From: a bacterium | GTDB lineage: Bacteria; DUMJ01 | DNA length: 31,900 nt | Direction of reading: 5' to 3' | Assembly: GCA_049970495.1 (NCBI GenBank) | Contig: JBMFMV010000015.1 | Span: 1-31,900, forward strand | Part shown: positions 10,362-19,241 of the stretch, piece after piece | Position numbering within the stretch: the stretch's first letter is position 1 | Layout of the letters: every line of letters starts with the position of its first letter | Notes under the pieces: model-generated | What the model was told of the DNA's origin: nothing | Seen by the model: only the letters and a program-made list of their open reading frames with translations | Database searches by the model: none | Program-made: the position numbers and the translations under genes

Positions 10362-11117
10362 TTACCAGGTAGCCCATTTCTCTCTGAGCTTCGCTATGAC
10401 TCCCTCCTTCTTTAATCTTGCTATGACTATGTTTATCTCCTTTAGAAGTGCCTTATCTTCTTTACGAACCGCTATACCATACTGCTCCTTTGTAAGGAGT
10501 TTATTTATCACTTTAAGCCCTTTTGTGCTCTTAACAAATGCTAAAGAGGTTAAATCGTCAGCTATTACTGCATCTACTCTTCCATTTTTTAATTCTAGAA
10601 ATGCACCGTCTACAGTTTCAAACTTTCTAATCTCTTTTATCCCAGGTATAGATTCTGCATAAAACTGTCCAGTGGTCCCAAGCTGTACAGCAACTATCTT
10701 TCCCTGCAAGTCCTTCTCGCTCTTTATCCTGTTATCATCCTCTCTCACTGTTATAAGCTGCCCCGCATTATAATAAGGAATGGAGAAATCTACTTGCTTG
10801 GCTCTTTCTGGTGTTATAGTCATAGCAGAGATAATAATATCAAACTTCTTGGCTAAAAGGGCAGGTATAATTCCATCAAAACTTGTATTTACAACTCTGA
10901 GCTTTACACCAAGATGATCCGCTATAGCCTTAGCTATATCTATGTCTATCCCCACAATGTTCCCATTCTTATCAACAAACTCAAATGGCGGATATGCCGC
11001 ATCACTTCCAACTACAAGTTCTCCTCTAGCTCTTATCTCATCTACTATGGTCTTAGACCAAGCTATTGTAGAAAACAACATACAAAACAGCAAAAACAAT
11101 ACTATATACTTAGACAT
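10362..11117 (-). CDS. Polar (probably basic/glutamine) amino acid ABC substrate-binding protein
   Basis: Signal peptide; [32 protein letters not shown]. Confidence 0.94.
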   Translation of the reverse strand: MSKYIVLFLLFCMLFSTIAWSKTIVDEIRARGELVVGSDAAYPPFEFVDKNGNIVGIDIDIAKAIADHLGVKLRVVNTSFDGIIPALLAKKFDIIISAMTITPERAKQVDFSIPYYNAGQLITVREDDNRIKSEKDLQGKIVAVQLGTTGQFYAESIPGIKEIRKFETVDGAFLELKNGRVDAVIADDLTSLAFVKSTKGLKVINKLLTKEQYGIAVRKEDKALLKEINIVIARLKKEGVIAKLREKWATW

Positions 11118-11145
11118 GATTAATACACCTCCATCGTTTTTAATG

Positions 11146-11154
11146 ATTATATCA
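11146..11154 (-). promoter_or_regulatory. Extended -10 promoter (TGaTATAAT) for the amino acid ABC genes and possibly the downstream secDF-rel block
   Basis: Consensus TGnTATAAT in the rho/SBP gap, ahead of a GGAGGTG SD. No good -35 seen. Confidence 0.6.
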
Positions 11155-11171
11155 CAAAAAGAAAGAGGAAT

Positions 11172-12518
11172 TTATGCAACTGCTCTTAAATTCCTAAGAA
11201 AGTCTTCATTCCTCTTATACTTAGAGAGCTGTTCTATAAGAATCTCTGTAATATCTTCCGAATCTATAGTGCTTAACATCTTCCTCAGTAACCAGACCTT
11301 TTTCAATTCTTCCTCAGAGTATAAGAGCTCTTCCTTCCTTGTACCAGACATTCTTACATCTATAGCCGGGAATATCCTCTTATCAGCAAGTTTACGATCA
11401 AGATGGATCTCCATATTACCAGTACCCTTAAACTCCTCATATATAACATCATCCATCCTACTCCCTGTATCAACAAGTGCAGTAGCTATTATAGTAAGGC
11501 TACCTCCTTCTTCTATATTTCTAGCAGATCCAAAGAATTTCTTTGGACCCCTTAATGCGGTAGCATCCAATCCGCCAGAAAGAGTCCTCCCTGTAGGAGG
11601 GACAACATGGTTATAAGCTCTAGCAAGACGGGTAAGACTATCAAGAAGTATAACTACATCCTTTTTCAATTCTACTAGTCTCTTAGCCCTTTCCAAAACT
11701 AACTCTGCAACCCTTACATGTTGCTCTGGGGGCTCATCAAATGTTGAGCTTACCACTTCTCCATTTACAGAACGCTCCATATCCGTAACTTCTTCAGGCC
11801 TTTCATCTATCAGTAGAACTATAAGATGGACTTCAGGATGGTTTATAGCGATACTATTGGCTATCTTCTTAAGGACAGTAGTCTTTCCTGCTTTTGGAGG
11901 AGATACAATAAGCCCTCTTTGTCCTTTTCCCAAGGGGGCTATAAGATCTATCATCCTAGTTGTTATATCCTTAGGATCTGCCTCCATCACTAATCTCTCT
12001 ATAGGGTATATAGGAGTTAAATCATCGAAGTGTGGCCTAATTCTAGCTTTATCAATTGGTATCCCATTAACTGTTTCTACCCTTAAAAGGGCAGGGTACT
12101 TCTCCTGTGTCTGTGGTAATCTTATGGGCCCTCTTATAAGGTCACCCATCCTAAGTCCCAATCTTCTAATCTGCGATTGTGATACGTATATATCCTGAGA
12201 TGTAGGGACATAACCGTTATGTCTTAAGAACCCATAGCCATCTGGTAGTATTTCTAAGATACCTTCTCTTAACTCTCCAACTGCTTCAACAGGGGCTTCT
12301 GTAGGCTGAGGAGTAACAACCTCTTGCTCCTTTACCTCCTTCTCCTTTTTTAGAGCCTCCTCTCTCTTCTTTTCTTCTTCCTTCTCTTTTAGGACTTGAT
12401 AGATCTTTTCTGCTAGGTCCTTCTTGTGCATCCGCCTTGCACCAGTTATACCTAATTCTTTAGCTATTTCGAAGAGTTCAAGTATTTTTTTGTTCTGTAT
12501 TTCTTCTAATTCAAGCAA
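11172..12518 (-). CDS. rho: Transcription termination factor Rho
   Basis: [23 protein letters not shown]...[38 protein letters not shown] start with GGAGG SD. Confidence 0.98.
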   Translation of the reverse strand: MLELEEIQNKKILELFEIAKELGITGARRMHKKDLAEKIYQVLKEKEEEKKREEALKKEKEVKEQEVVTPQPTEAPVEAVGELREGILEILPDGYGFLRHNGYVPTSQDIYVSQSQIRRLGLRMGDLIRGPIRLPQTQEKYPALLRVETVNGIPIDKARIRPHFDDLTPIYPIERLVMEADPKDITTRMIDLIAPLGKGQRGLIVSPPKAGKTTVLKKIANSIAINHPEVHLIVLLIDERPEEVTDMERSVNGEVVSSTFDEPPEQHVRVAELVLERAKRLVELKKDVVILLDSLTRLARAYNHVVPPTGRTLSGGLDATALRGPKKFFGSARNIEEGGSLTIIATALVDTGSRMDDVIYEEFKGTGNMEIHLDRKLADKRIFPAIDVRMSGTRKEELLYSEEELKKVWLLRKMLSTIDSEDITEILIEQLSKYKRNEDFLRNLRAVA

Positions 12519-12531
12519 AACTTTACACCTC

Positions 12532-13821
12532 CTAAAAATTTTTTCTCCCTTTCCATAGTCTGTTCAATCTCTCCTTTATCTCCTTTTCTAAACCTTCATC
12601 AGAAGGTTCATAATATCTTTTTCTCAAAAGTTCTTTTGGTAGATAATCCTGTAAGACGAAGTGGCCAGGATAATCGTGGGGATACATATAACCTGAGCTA
12701 TCTACATTTCTAAGGTGCATGGGAACCTCCCCTAATACCTCGTCTTTTAGATCTTCTCTGACCTTAGATATAGCGTTATAAACAGAATTACTCTTTGGAG
12801 CACAGGCTATATATATTGCTGCCTGGGCTAGTGGTATTATTGCCTCTGGCAAACCTACATACTCTAAAGCTTGGCTAGCACTTACTGCAACTACTAAAGC
12901 CATAGGATCTGCATTACCAACATCTTCAGCAGATTGGATAATCATCCTACGTGCTATAAATCTCGGATCTTCCCCAGAATCTATCATCCTCACAAGCCAA
13001 TAGACACTAGCATCAGGGTCAGACCCTCTTAAACTCTTTATAAAGGCAGATATAAGATTATAGTGCTCATCTCCATGTTCATCATACTTAAAGATTCTTT
13101 CAGTAAAAAGTCTTTCAACATCTGAAACCTCAATAGTATCTCTCTTTTCGCTTACTGCAAGTAGTGCAGATTCTTCAAGCAGATTTAAAGCCTGTCTTGC
13201 ATCCTTATTGGCATATCTTATTATAAGATTTTTAGCTGATTCGGTAAGTTTTAGATTTAGAGGTCTTAACCCCAGCTCACTACTCATTGCCCTATCTATA
13301 ATAACAGAGAGATCTTCATCCGTTAATGATTCAAGTTTCAGGACTCTACATCTAGAGATTAACGTATTATTAAGGGTAAAATAAGGATTCTCTGTAGTAG
13401 CCCCTATAAGTATTATAGAACCATCTTCTACATAAGGCAATAAGACATCTTGCTGTGCCCTATTAAATCTATGTATCTCATCTATAAAAAGAATAGTGCC
13501 TTTCCCATACAATCTTCTATACTCTTCTGCCTCAGTAAATATCTTTTTCAATTCGCTAACACCACTTAAAACCGCATTTACCCTGACAAACTTACAATCA
13601 GAGTTCTTAGCAATTATAAGCGCTAAGGTAGTCTTTCCACAGCCAGGTGGTCCCCAAAGGATCATAGAAGGAGGATCCTCTTTTCTCTCTATTATCCTCC
13701 TTATAAAACCGTCATCTCCTAATAGATGCCTCTGTCCCAGAAATTCAGAAAGATTACTTGGCCTCAACCTAACAGATAATGGTAACTTTTTCCTAGAACC
13801 AAAGTCAAAAAGATCACCCAT
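12532..13821 (-). CDS. rarA: Replication-associated recombination protein A (RarA/MgsA)
   Basis: [62 protein letters not shown]. Confidence 0.96.
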   Translation of the reverse strand: MGDLFDFGSRKKLPLSVRLRPSNLSEFLGQRHLLGDDGFIRRIIERKEDPPSMILWGPPGCGKTTLALIIAKNSDCKFVRVNAVLSGVSELKKIFTEAEEYRRLYGKGTILFIDEIHRFNRAQQDVLLPYVEDGSIILIGATTENPYFTLNNTLISRCRVLKLESLTDEDLSVIIDRAMSSELGLRPLNLKLTESAKNLIIRYANKDARQALNLLEESALLAVSEKRDTIEVSDVERLFTERIFKYDEHGDEHYNLISAFIKSLRGSDPDASVYWLVRMIDSGEDPRFIARRMIIQSAEDVGNADPMALVVAVSASQALEYVGLPEAIIPLAQAAIYIACAPKSNSVYNAISKVREDLKDEVLGEVPMHLRNVDSSGYMYPHDYPGHFVLQDYLPKELLRKRYYEPSDEGLEKEIKERLNRLWKGRKNF

Positions 13822-13824
13822 AGA

Positions 13825-14076
13825 CTACACTAACCTTCGTCTTTCAACCTTTTTTCCACAATAGGGACATACCCCCCAATTAGGTTCTAATGGCATCTTG
13901 CAATATGGGCATACCTCAGATAGACCTTTCCCACAGTACGGACAGTTATCGGCATCTTTTGGAATCATTCTACCACAAAAAGGACATTTCTTCTGATTCC
14001 TTTGTCTATTCCTTCCTATAAGCCAAAAGGTAAGAATAATAACTATAAAGATTAACCATATCGTTATTATTGACAA
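13825..14076 (-). CDS. Membrane-anchored double zinc ribbon protein
   Basis: N-terminal TM helix followed by four CPxC motifs; TTG start with GGAGG SD. Confidence 0.8.
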   Translation of the reverse strand: MSIITIWLIFIVIILTFWLIGRNRQRNQKKCPFCGRMIPKDADNCPYCGKGLSEVCPYCKMPLEPNWGVCPYCGKKVERRRLV

Positions 14077-14087
14077 CTAATTCCTCC

Positions 14088-14486
14088 CTACTCTATCGGT
14101 TCTATTACCTGAGGAAATTTAATCTTTTTATCGATGAATCTATTTACTAAGAATGATACTCCCATAAACAAAAAACCAAAAACAATCTTAAAAACCTCAG
14201 AAGAAGAAATTAAGCCTCCTAAAAGATATCCACATATTAAGGCAATGACAGGCACTATATACAAGATAAAAGCTGAGGCAATTACATATCTATCTTCTGT
14301 CCTTACCTTTACTTTATCTCCAATTTTTAGAGGAGTATCCACCTTAAACCTTAATAGAACCGTATCATTCTCTCCCAAAGGACAAATGCCACAGGCTTTA
14401 CACCTTTCACTTCTAGGAATAGATACTTCTACAAACTCTCCATCAATCCTTACTACTCTACCAATTGTTTCTGGTTCACTTAACAT
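14088..14486 (-). CDS. RseC/MucC-family membrane protein
   Basis: E.G.VV N-terminus, CxxCxxC, GD.V.V, then LY..P and two TM helices. Confidence 0.8.
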   Translation of the reverse strand: MLSEPETIGRVVRIDGEFVEVSIPRSERCKACGICPLGENDTVLLRFKVDTPLKIGDKVKVRTEDRYVIASAFILYIVPVIALICGYLLGGLISSSEVFKIVFGFLFMGVSFLVNRFIDKKIKFPQVIEPIE

Positions 14487-14769
14487 CTGGTTCTATTAAT
14501 TTTCCCCCTGTAACCTCAGAAGAGACTATTTCAAAACCTGGATTCAAAATAAACTCTACATGGATAAGGTTAAAACACTTTTGTCCCAAGACATCTTTTC
14601 TATAAATATAATGACTCACCCTTCCCTTTTCATCATACTCAGGAGAAGGTTCACTCAGTTTATCCAACCTTACCCTTATCTCTTCTCCACATTTATTACA
14701 CTTCACAGTATAATAGAAATCTCTACCTTCTTGAGGCTTTTTCTGAAAAAGTCTAGAAAATAATCCCAT
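14476..14769 (-). CDS. Hypothetical CxxC protein, 97 aa (MGLFSRLF...VKCNKCGEEIRVR...KCF)
   Basis: ATG at 14769 with GAGGG SD. The tracked upstream extension to 14856 lies inside the 6S RNA. Confidence 0.75.
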   Translation of the reverse strand: MGLFSRLFQKKPQEGRDFYYTVKCNKCGEEIRVRLDKLSEPSPEYDEKGRVSHYIYRKDVLGQKCFNLIHVEFILNPGFEIVSSEVTGGKLIEPDVK

Positions 14770-14784
14770 TAAAATTTCCCTCAA

Positions 14785-14965
14785 AACCCCGCCATGCCGT
14801 ATGCGCTTTGTTCCCGAACCCCGGAAACAACTTTTGTGCCCTCCCGAGAGCTTCATGAAGCTTCTTTCAAAGCCTCTAATCCACCCCCGGAGTTAGGCAC
14901 ACCACGTGCAAGTGTTGGCTCGGAACACGTCTTGCGCAACTCGCACATGGCAGGGTTATCTTTTC
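14785..14965 (-). ncRNA. ssrS: 6S RNA
   Basis: GC-rich intergenic segment of about 180 nt folding as a rod: 5' AACCCTGCCATGT pairs with 3' GCATGGCGGGGTT, TGTTCCGAGCC with GGTTCGGGAACA, then a central bubble and GTGCC/GGCAC. Has its own promoter; rarA lies downstream. Confidence 0.82.
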
Positions 14966-14971
14966 ACTTAT

Positions 14972-15000
14972 ATAATACCACAACAATAAAACAACTTCAA
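14972..15000 (-). promoter_or_regulatory. Sigma70-type promoter for 6S RNA
   Basis: TTGAAG (15000-14995), 17 nt spacer, TATTAT (14977-14972), with extended TG. Confidence 0.7.
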
Positions 15001-15002
15001 GA

Positions 15003-16976
15003 TTATTTCTTAAAGAAGAATTGCTCAGGTCTAGCATTCTTAGGAGACCTAGTAGTATCGTCCCAGAGAATACCATCAACTATATTCTTAAGGTTATTCT
15101 TTGCAACTACAGGCTGAGGTAATTCACCAACAAAACCTATTATCCAGATATTCCTCTTATGAATATTGACGATCTCTTTAAAGTATTTATCCCTTATCTT
15201 TGTATCAGGAGCAGACTTTGCCTTTTCCCAGAGCTCATAGATCTTTCTTATATCACCCTTAGGTTCCTCTCCACTCTTACCACCACTGGTGTACCATAAA
15301 GCATAGAGAGGAGCCCAGGGTCCATCAGTTGTTGTTCCAAGAAATCTACCTGGATCAGAAAGTACCGCTACATTCCTATCAAAGCTCCATACACCCACTT
15401 CTATATCTCCAGTCTGACATCTAGTTGTATAGAGAGAACGTTCTAATGGTCTTACTGTAACCTTTACTCCTATGTTCTCCCAATATCTCTTTATCAACAG
15501 AAGAACATCTGGAATTGTAGCACTCCCACTAGCGAAATCGATAGTTATAGCTAGTGTCTTACCATCGGGCCTTATTCTAAAGCCATCCTTATCTCGTTTA
15601 TTAAGTCCCATCTTATCCAGGAGCTCATTGGCTTTCTTTGGATCATACTCTGTCCACATCTTTTCCCATTCAGGGTCGTAGAAAGCAACCCCACTTATAA
15701 GAGATGCCTGTCTAGGTTTACCAAAGCCCAAATAAACAAGTTTCCATATCTCTTCTCTATTTATTGCCACAGATAGCGCCTGTCTAAACCTTCTATCCTC
15801 AAATATCTTACGCAAGACAGGATCTTTAACATTCTGGTTTAGATATAGCGCATTATCTGCACCGACCCCTTGCTTCCACATTACCACCTTATAGTCTCCT
15901 TTACCTCTATTTTCCATAAGAAGGGTATAATCAGAGATGCCTATTCCTCTCTCCTGATAGTCTAACTCACCAGAGAGGGCCTTCATTACAATCATCTCAT
16001 TATTTTCTACTAATACATGCGTTATTCTGTCAATATATGGAAGCTGATTTCCTTCAGGGTCTATCTTCCAGTAATAGGGATTCCTCTCCATTATCTGTAA
16101 GGTGGCGGTATGAGTAGTAACTGCTCTCCAGGGCCAGAGTACTGGAAGCTCTGGATTTTGTAACCATCCACTAGTGTCTCCACCCTTTGCACCAAATAAT
16201 TGATACCATGTCTGGACCCCTGCCTCTTTTGCCATAGCATCAAGTTTTTCTCTGGGGGTATACTTAGGATGGAATTGCTTTAGATAATGTTTTGGAAGGA
16301 CAAACATATTGTAACCTAACTTTGCCATAGTGATAAGGAATAGTGGATTTGAATCTGCAAACTTTACCGTAAAGGTATATTTGTCCACTATTGTTATCTC
16401 CATAGGTTTTCCACCAGCGGTAAGCCAAGTGGGAAAAGTAGGAGTTAGATCTTTATTTAGAAATACATCTTCATACCAGAACTGAACATCCTCCGTAGTA
16501 AGAGGTGTTCCATCAGACCACTTTATACCTTCTCTCAGTTTAAATGTATAGGTTTTACTATCCCTTGAAACCTTCCAACTTTCTGCTATGTTGGGAAGTA
16601 TCTTAACCCCATTCTTATCAAACATAACAAGATGCTCAAAACAGATCTTATTAGGTCCCCACTGGTCTGATAGACCCCTCCAAGCCCTTCTCATTGTACC
16701 ACCATACTGGCCTATCTCTTCAAATGGAGTTACCACTAATGGATTTTTGGGTAATCTCTGTTCAACTGGTGGAAGCTTACCCTGTTTCACAAGCTCTGCT
16801 AGCTGTGGAGCTTCATTAAACTTTGTAATCTTTTTACCGGTAAGTTTCTCGTATTCTGAGAGATTGTAATATTCTCCAGGAATTACTTTCTCCTGAGAGA
16901 ATACAGCGTTAGACATACCTAAGAGTAGACTCAATAAAACTACAATACAAATGACTAATCTTATCTTTCTGTACAC
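15003..16976 (-). CDS. ABC transporter substrate-binding protein, family 5 (OppA/DppA-like, probably oligosaccharide-binding subtype)
   Basis: Signal peptide; EAP.L..LV..G.LPPV.QRLP..P, G.YGG, PNIAESW, LREG.KWSDG.P.T..D, ERNPYYW..D..GNQLPYID, FRQALS.AINR. Confidence 0.92.
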   Translation of the reverse strand: MYRKIRLVICIVVLLSLLLGMSNAVFSQEKVIPGEYYNLSEYEKLTGKKITKFNEAPQLAELVKQGKLPPVEQRLPKNPLVVTPFEEIGQYGGTMRRAWRGLSDQWGPNKICFEHLVMFDKNGVKILPNIAESWKVSRDSKTYTFKLREGIKWSDGTPLTTEDVQFWYEDVFLNKDLTPTFPTWLTAGGKPMEITIVDKYTFTVKFADSNPLFLITMAKLGYNMFVLPKHYLKQFHPKYTPREKLDAMAKEAGVQTWYQLFGAKGGDTSGWLQNPELPVLWPWRAVTTHTATLQIMERNPYYWKIDPEGNQLPYIDRITHVLVENNEMIVMKALSGELDYQERGIGISDYTLLMENRGKGDYKVVMWKQGVGADNALYLNQNVKDPVLRKIFEDRRFRQALSVAINREEIWKLVYLGFGKPRQASLISGVAFYDPEWEKMWTEYDPKKANELLDKMGLNKRDKDGFRIRPDGKTLAITIDFASGSATIPDVLLLIKRYWENIGVKVTVRPLERSLYTTRCQTGDIEVGVWSFDRNVAVLSDPGRFLGTTTDGPWAPLYALWYTSGGKSGEEPKGDIRKIYELWEKAKSAPDTKIRDKYFKEIVNIHKRNIWIIGFVGELPQPVVAKNNLKNIVDGILWDDTTRSPKNARPEQFFFKK

Positions 16977-17015
16977 TTCTCTCCCCTCCTCTCGAAAATA
17001 TTCTCTTTATAAGAA

Positions 17016-17045
17016 ACTATAAAACAACAAAAAGTATCCTGTCAA
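17016..17045 (-). promoter_or_regulatory. Sigma70-type promoter for the family 5 SBP gene
   Basis: TTGACA (17045-17040), 18 nt spacer, TATAGT (17021-17016). Confidence 0.6.
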
Positions 17046-17066
17046 GTTAATCATTGTTTTATAATA

Positions 17067-17546
17067 CTAAACAATGCTATCCCTCAAAAAAGATTTATCA
17101 TCCTCCTCTATCTCTATTCGTTTTTTCTCCTGATATAACTTTATCCTTTCCTCCAGGTTCTTATCCTTTAAGGCAAATATCTTTGCTACAGCAATTCCAG
17201 CCTGCTCAGGCTCTAAAACTGTCATGGGAGAAACTCCTGAAGGCATCCTCAATGTCGACAATATATCCATACCAGCAAACTTATCACTGTATGGTGGACA
17301 GGCTATAACTGGTCTAAAGGTATTTGCATCAACAAAACCACTAAGTGCATTACTCCTACCTGCTACAGTTACAAATACAACTTCTTCTCTTTCATACTCC
17401 TTTATAATCTCTAAAACCTTTAAAGGAGTCTTATGTGCAGAGGCAACCCTAATAACTGATTCGATACCAAAAATCTTTAGAGAATCAGCTATCCTTTTAG
17501 ACCACTCCAGATCAGACTTAGACCCCATTATTATAACAGCTTTCAT
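17067..17546 (-). CDS. purE: AIR carboxylase PurE, class II-type sequence
   Basis: IMGSKSD, SAHKTP, VAGRSNALSGFVD, PVIACPP, RMPSG. ATG at 17546 follows an AAGGAG SD. Confidence 0.93.
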   Translation of the reverse strand: MKAVIIMGSKSDLEWSKRIADSLKIFGIESVIRVASAHKTPLKVLEIIKEYEREEVVFVTVAGRSNALSGFVDANTFRPVIACPPYSDKFAGMDILSTLRMPSGVSPMTVLEPEQAGIAVAKIFALKDKNLEERIKLYQEKKRIEIEEDDKSFLRDSIV

Positions 17547-17568
17547 CAGCCACTCTCCTTTTTGGATA

Positions 17569-17597
17569 ATTATAACCAAGGATTAATAAAAATTCAA
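17569..17597 (-). promoter_or_regulatory. Sigma70-type promoter for purE
   Basis: TTGAAT (17597-17592), 17 nt spacer, TATAAT (17574-17569). Confidence 0.7.
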
Positions 17598-17621
17598 AGC
17601 ATTTTATAAAATTACCCCATC

Positions 17622-17651
17622 TTTACTCTTACATAATTTTTGTAGTAAAAT
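17622..17651 (+). promoter_or_regulatory. Candidate dnaA promoter
   Basis: TTTACT, 18 nt spacer, TAAAAT, upstream of a GGGAGG SD. AT-rich context lowers specificity. Confidence 0.45.
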
Positions 17652-17675
17652 CCACTTATAAGTGGGAGGGATAGT

Positions 17676-19025
17676 ATGGAACAGATGTCAGAGATATCAA
17701 TAATATGGAGTAGTTTACTTGAGGAGTTAGAACCTGTTTTAAGTCCGGCTAGTTTTGAGACGTGGCTTAAGACAGCAAAACTTATAGAGATAAAAGAGGA
17801 CATAGCTATAATAGCTGTTCCTAATACTTTTGCTAAGGAATGGTTAGAGAGTAGACTCTTCCCTACCTTAAAGAGTACACTATCTGCACTCGCTGGAAGA
17901 ACAATAAATGTAAGAATTATAGTAGATAATTCCCTTATAGAGAAAGAGACTACCACACCTAGTAAGTCAAAGACAGAACAGGGAGAGCAGAATGTTCCAC
18001 AACTAAATAATAGATATACATTCGATACTTTTGTGGTTGGAAGTGGCAACAGAATGGCTCATGCAGCTGCTGTTGCAGTAGCTGAAAATCCTGGCAAGGC
18101 ATACAATCCTCTATTTATATATGGAGGAGTTGGGCTAGGTAAAACCCATCTAATGCAAGCCATAGGACATTATGTAATCTCTAAAAAGATGGGCTTAAAA
18201 GTTGTCTATATCTCATCTGAAAATTTTACCAATGAACTTATAAACTCTATAAGAGACCATACAACGGTAGAGTTTAGGGGAAAGTATAGAAATGTAGACC
18301 TATTATTAATAGACGACATACATTTCCTTGCAGGAAAAGAAACTACTCAGGAAGAATTCTTCCATACATTTAACGCTCTTTATGAAGCTGGAAAACAGAT
18401 AGTCATATCCAGTGATCGCCCTCCAAAAGAAATACCTACTCTAGAAGAAAGACTTATCTCTAGATTTGAATGGGGGCTTACAGTAGATATACAGCCTCCA
18501 GACCTAGAAACTAGGATTGCTATTCTTAGGAAGAAGGCAGAGTTAGACCTTATATCTGTACCAGATGAGGTAATAAATTTTATTGCAGAAAAGGTTGTTT
18601 CAAATATAAGAGAACTTGAGGGGGCATTAATAAAAGTTATTGCCTCCGCATCCTTAACAAAAAGGCCTATAACTCTTGAACTAGCAAAAGAATGTCTCGC
18701 CACACTCCTTACAGATAGTAAAGAGAAGAAACGTCCGGCAACAATATCGGAGATACAAAGAGTGGTAGCGGAGTACTATGGTGTATCTATAGACGAGATG
18801 AGGGGACAGCGAAGGACAAGAGATTCGGCATTTCCCAGGCAGGTAGCTATGTATATAGCTAGAGAACTTACCAATGCGTCTCTACCAACAATAGGTAGGG
18901 AATTTGGAGGAAGAGACCATTCAACTGTCATATATGCTTATGAAAAGATTAAAGAGGCAATCAGACAAGATCCGGAGATTGCTAGGACTATTAATCACCT
19001 TATTAACAGGTTTATCAGGGTATAA
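17676..19025 (+). CDS. dnaA: Chromosomal replication initiator DnaA
   Basis: YTFDTFVVG..N, YNPLFIYGGVGLGKTHL, QEEFFHTFN, SRFEWGL, RELEGA, RQVAMY, GGRDHSTV. Confidence 0.99.
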   Translation: MEQMSEISIIWSSLLEELEPVLSPASFETWLKTAKLIEIKEDIAIIAVPNTFAKEWLESRLFPTLKSTLSALAGRTINVRIIVDNSLIEKETTTPSKSKTEQGEQNVPQLNNRYTFDTFVVGSGNRMAHAAAVAVAENPGKAYNPLFIYGGVGLGKTHLMQAIGHYVISKKMGLKVVYISSENFTNELINSIRDHTTVEFRGKYRNVDLLLIDDIHFLAGKETTQEEFFHTFNALYEAGKQIVISSDRPPKEIPTLEERLISRFEWGLTVDIQPPDLETRIAILRKKAELDLISVPDEVINFIAEKVVSNIRELEGALIKVIASASLTKRPITLELAKECLATLLTDSKEKKRPATISEIQRVVAEYYGVSIDEMRGQRRTRDSAFPRQVAMYIARELTNASLPTIGREFGGRDHSTVIYAYEKIKEAIRQDPEIARTINHLINRFIRV

Positions 19026-19241
19026 ATTGTTGATATTGTGGATAAACATTTTTAAAGTTGTTAATATTGTGAATAACCTGTGGATAACTTCAAAGTTATC
19101 CACAGAATTATCCACAGGTTCAATAGAGAAAAATAGATATATACATAAAATTTATCCACAGTACAAACTGGCCTATTATTGCTACTAGATTTTATTAAAA
19201 GATATAGTAAAACTAATAGTATTTCCACAGGAGGTAAAGTT
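19026..19241. other. Replication origin oriC
   Basis: DnaA boxes TGTGGATAA 19037 and 19079, TGTGAATAA 19068, TTATCCACA 19096, 19108 and 19152, then GGCC, DnaA-trio-like repeats and an AT-rich tract. Gene orientation and G/C skew flip nearby. Confidence 0.95.

Noticed and set aside
12270..12400. Charged Glu/Lys/Pro-rich insert near the Rho N-terminus
   Set aside because: Variable N-terminal inserts are well known in Rho, and this one is short.
3530..14763. Plus-strand ORFs opposite rel, secF, the ABC genes, rho, rarA and the rseC-like gene
   Set aside because: They lie antisense to well-supported conserved genes and show no recognisable motifs.
14849..14862. Perfect palindrome AGCTTCATGAAGCT as an operator
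   Set aside because: It lies within the apical region of the 6S RNA and is explained by RNA structure.
14770..15117. ORFs 14794..15117, 14876..15079 and the 5' extension of 14476..14856
   Set aside because: They overlap the 6S RNA, its promoter and the end of the SBP gene.
18904..19241. Short ORFs across the dnaA-dnaN gap and the dnaN N-terminal extension
   Set aside because: They are translations of DnaA boxes; the strong SD supports ATG 19242.
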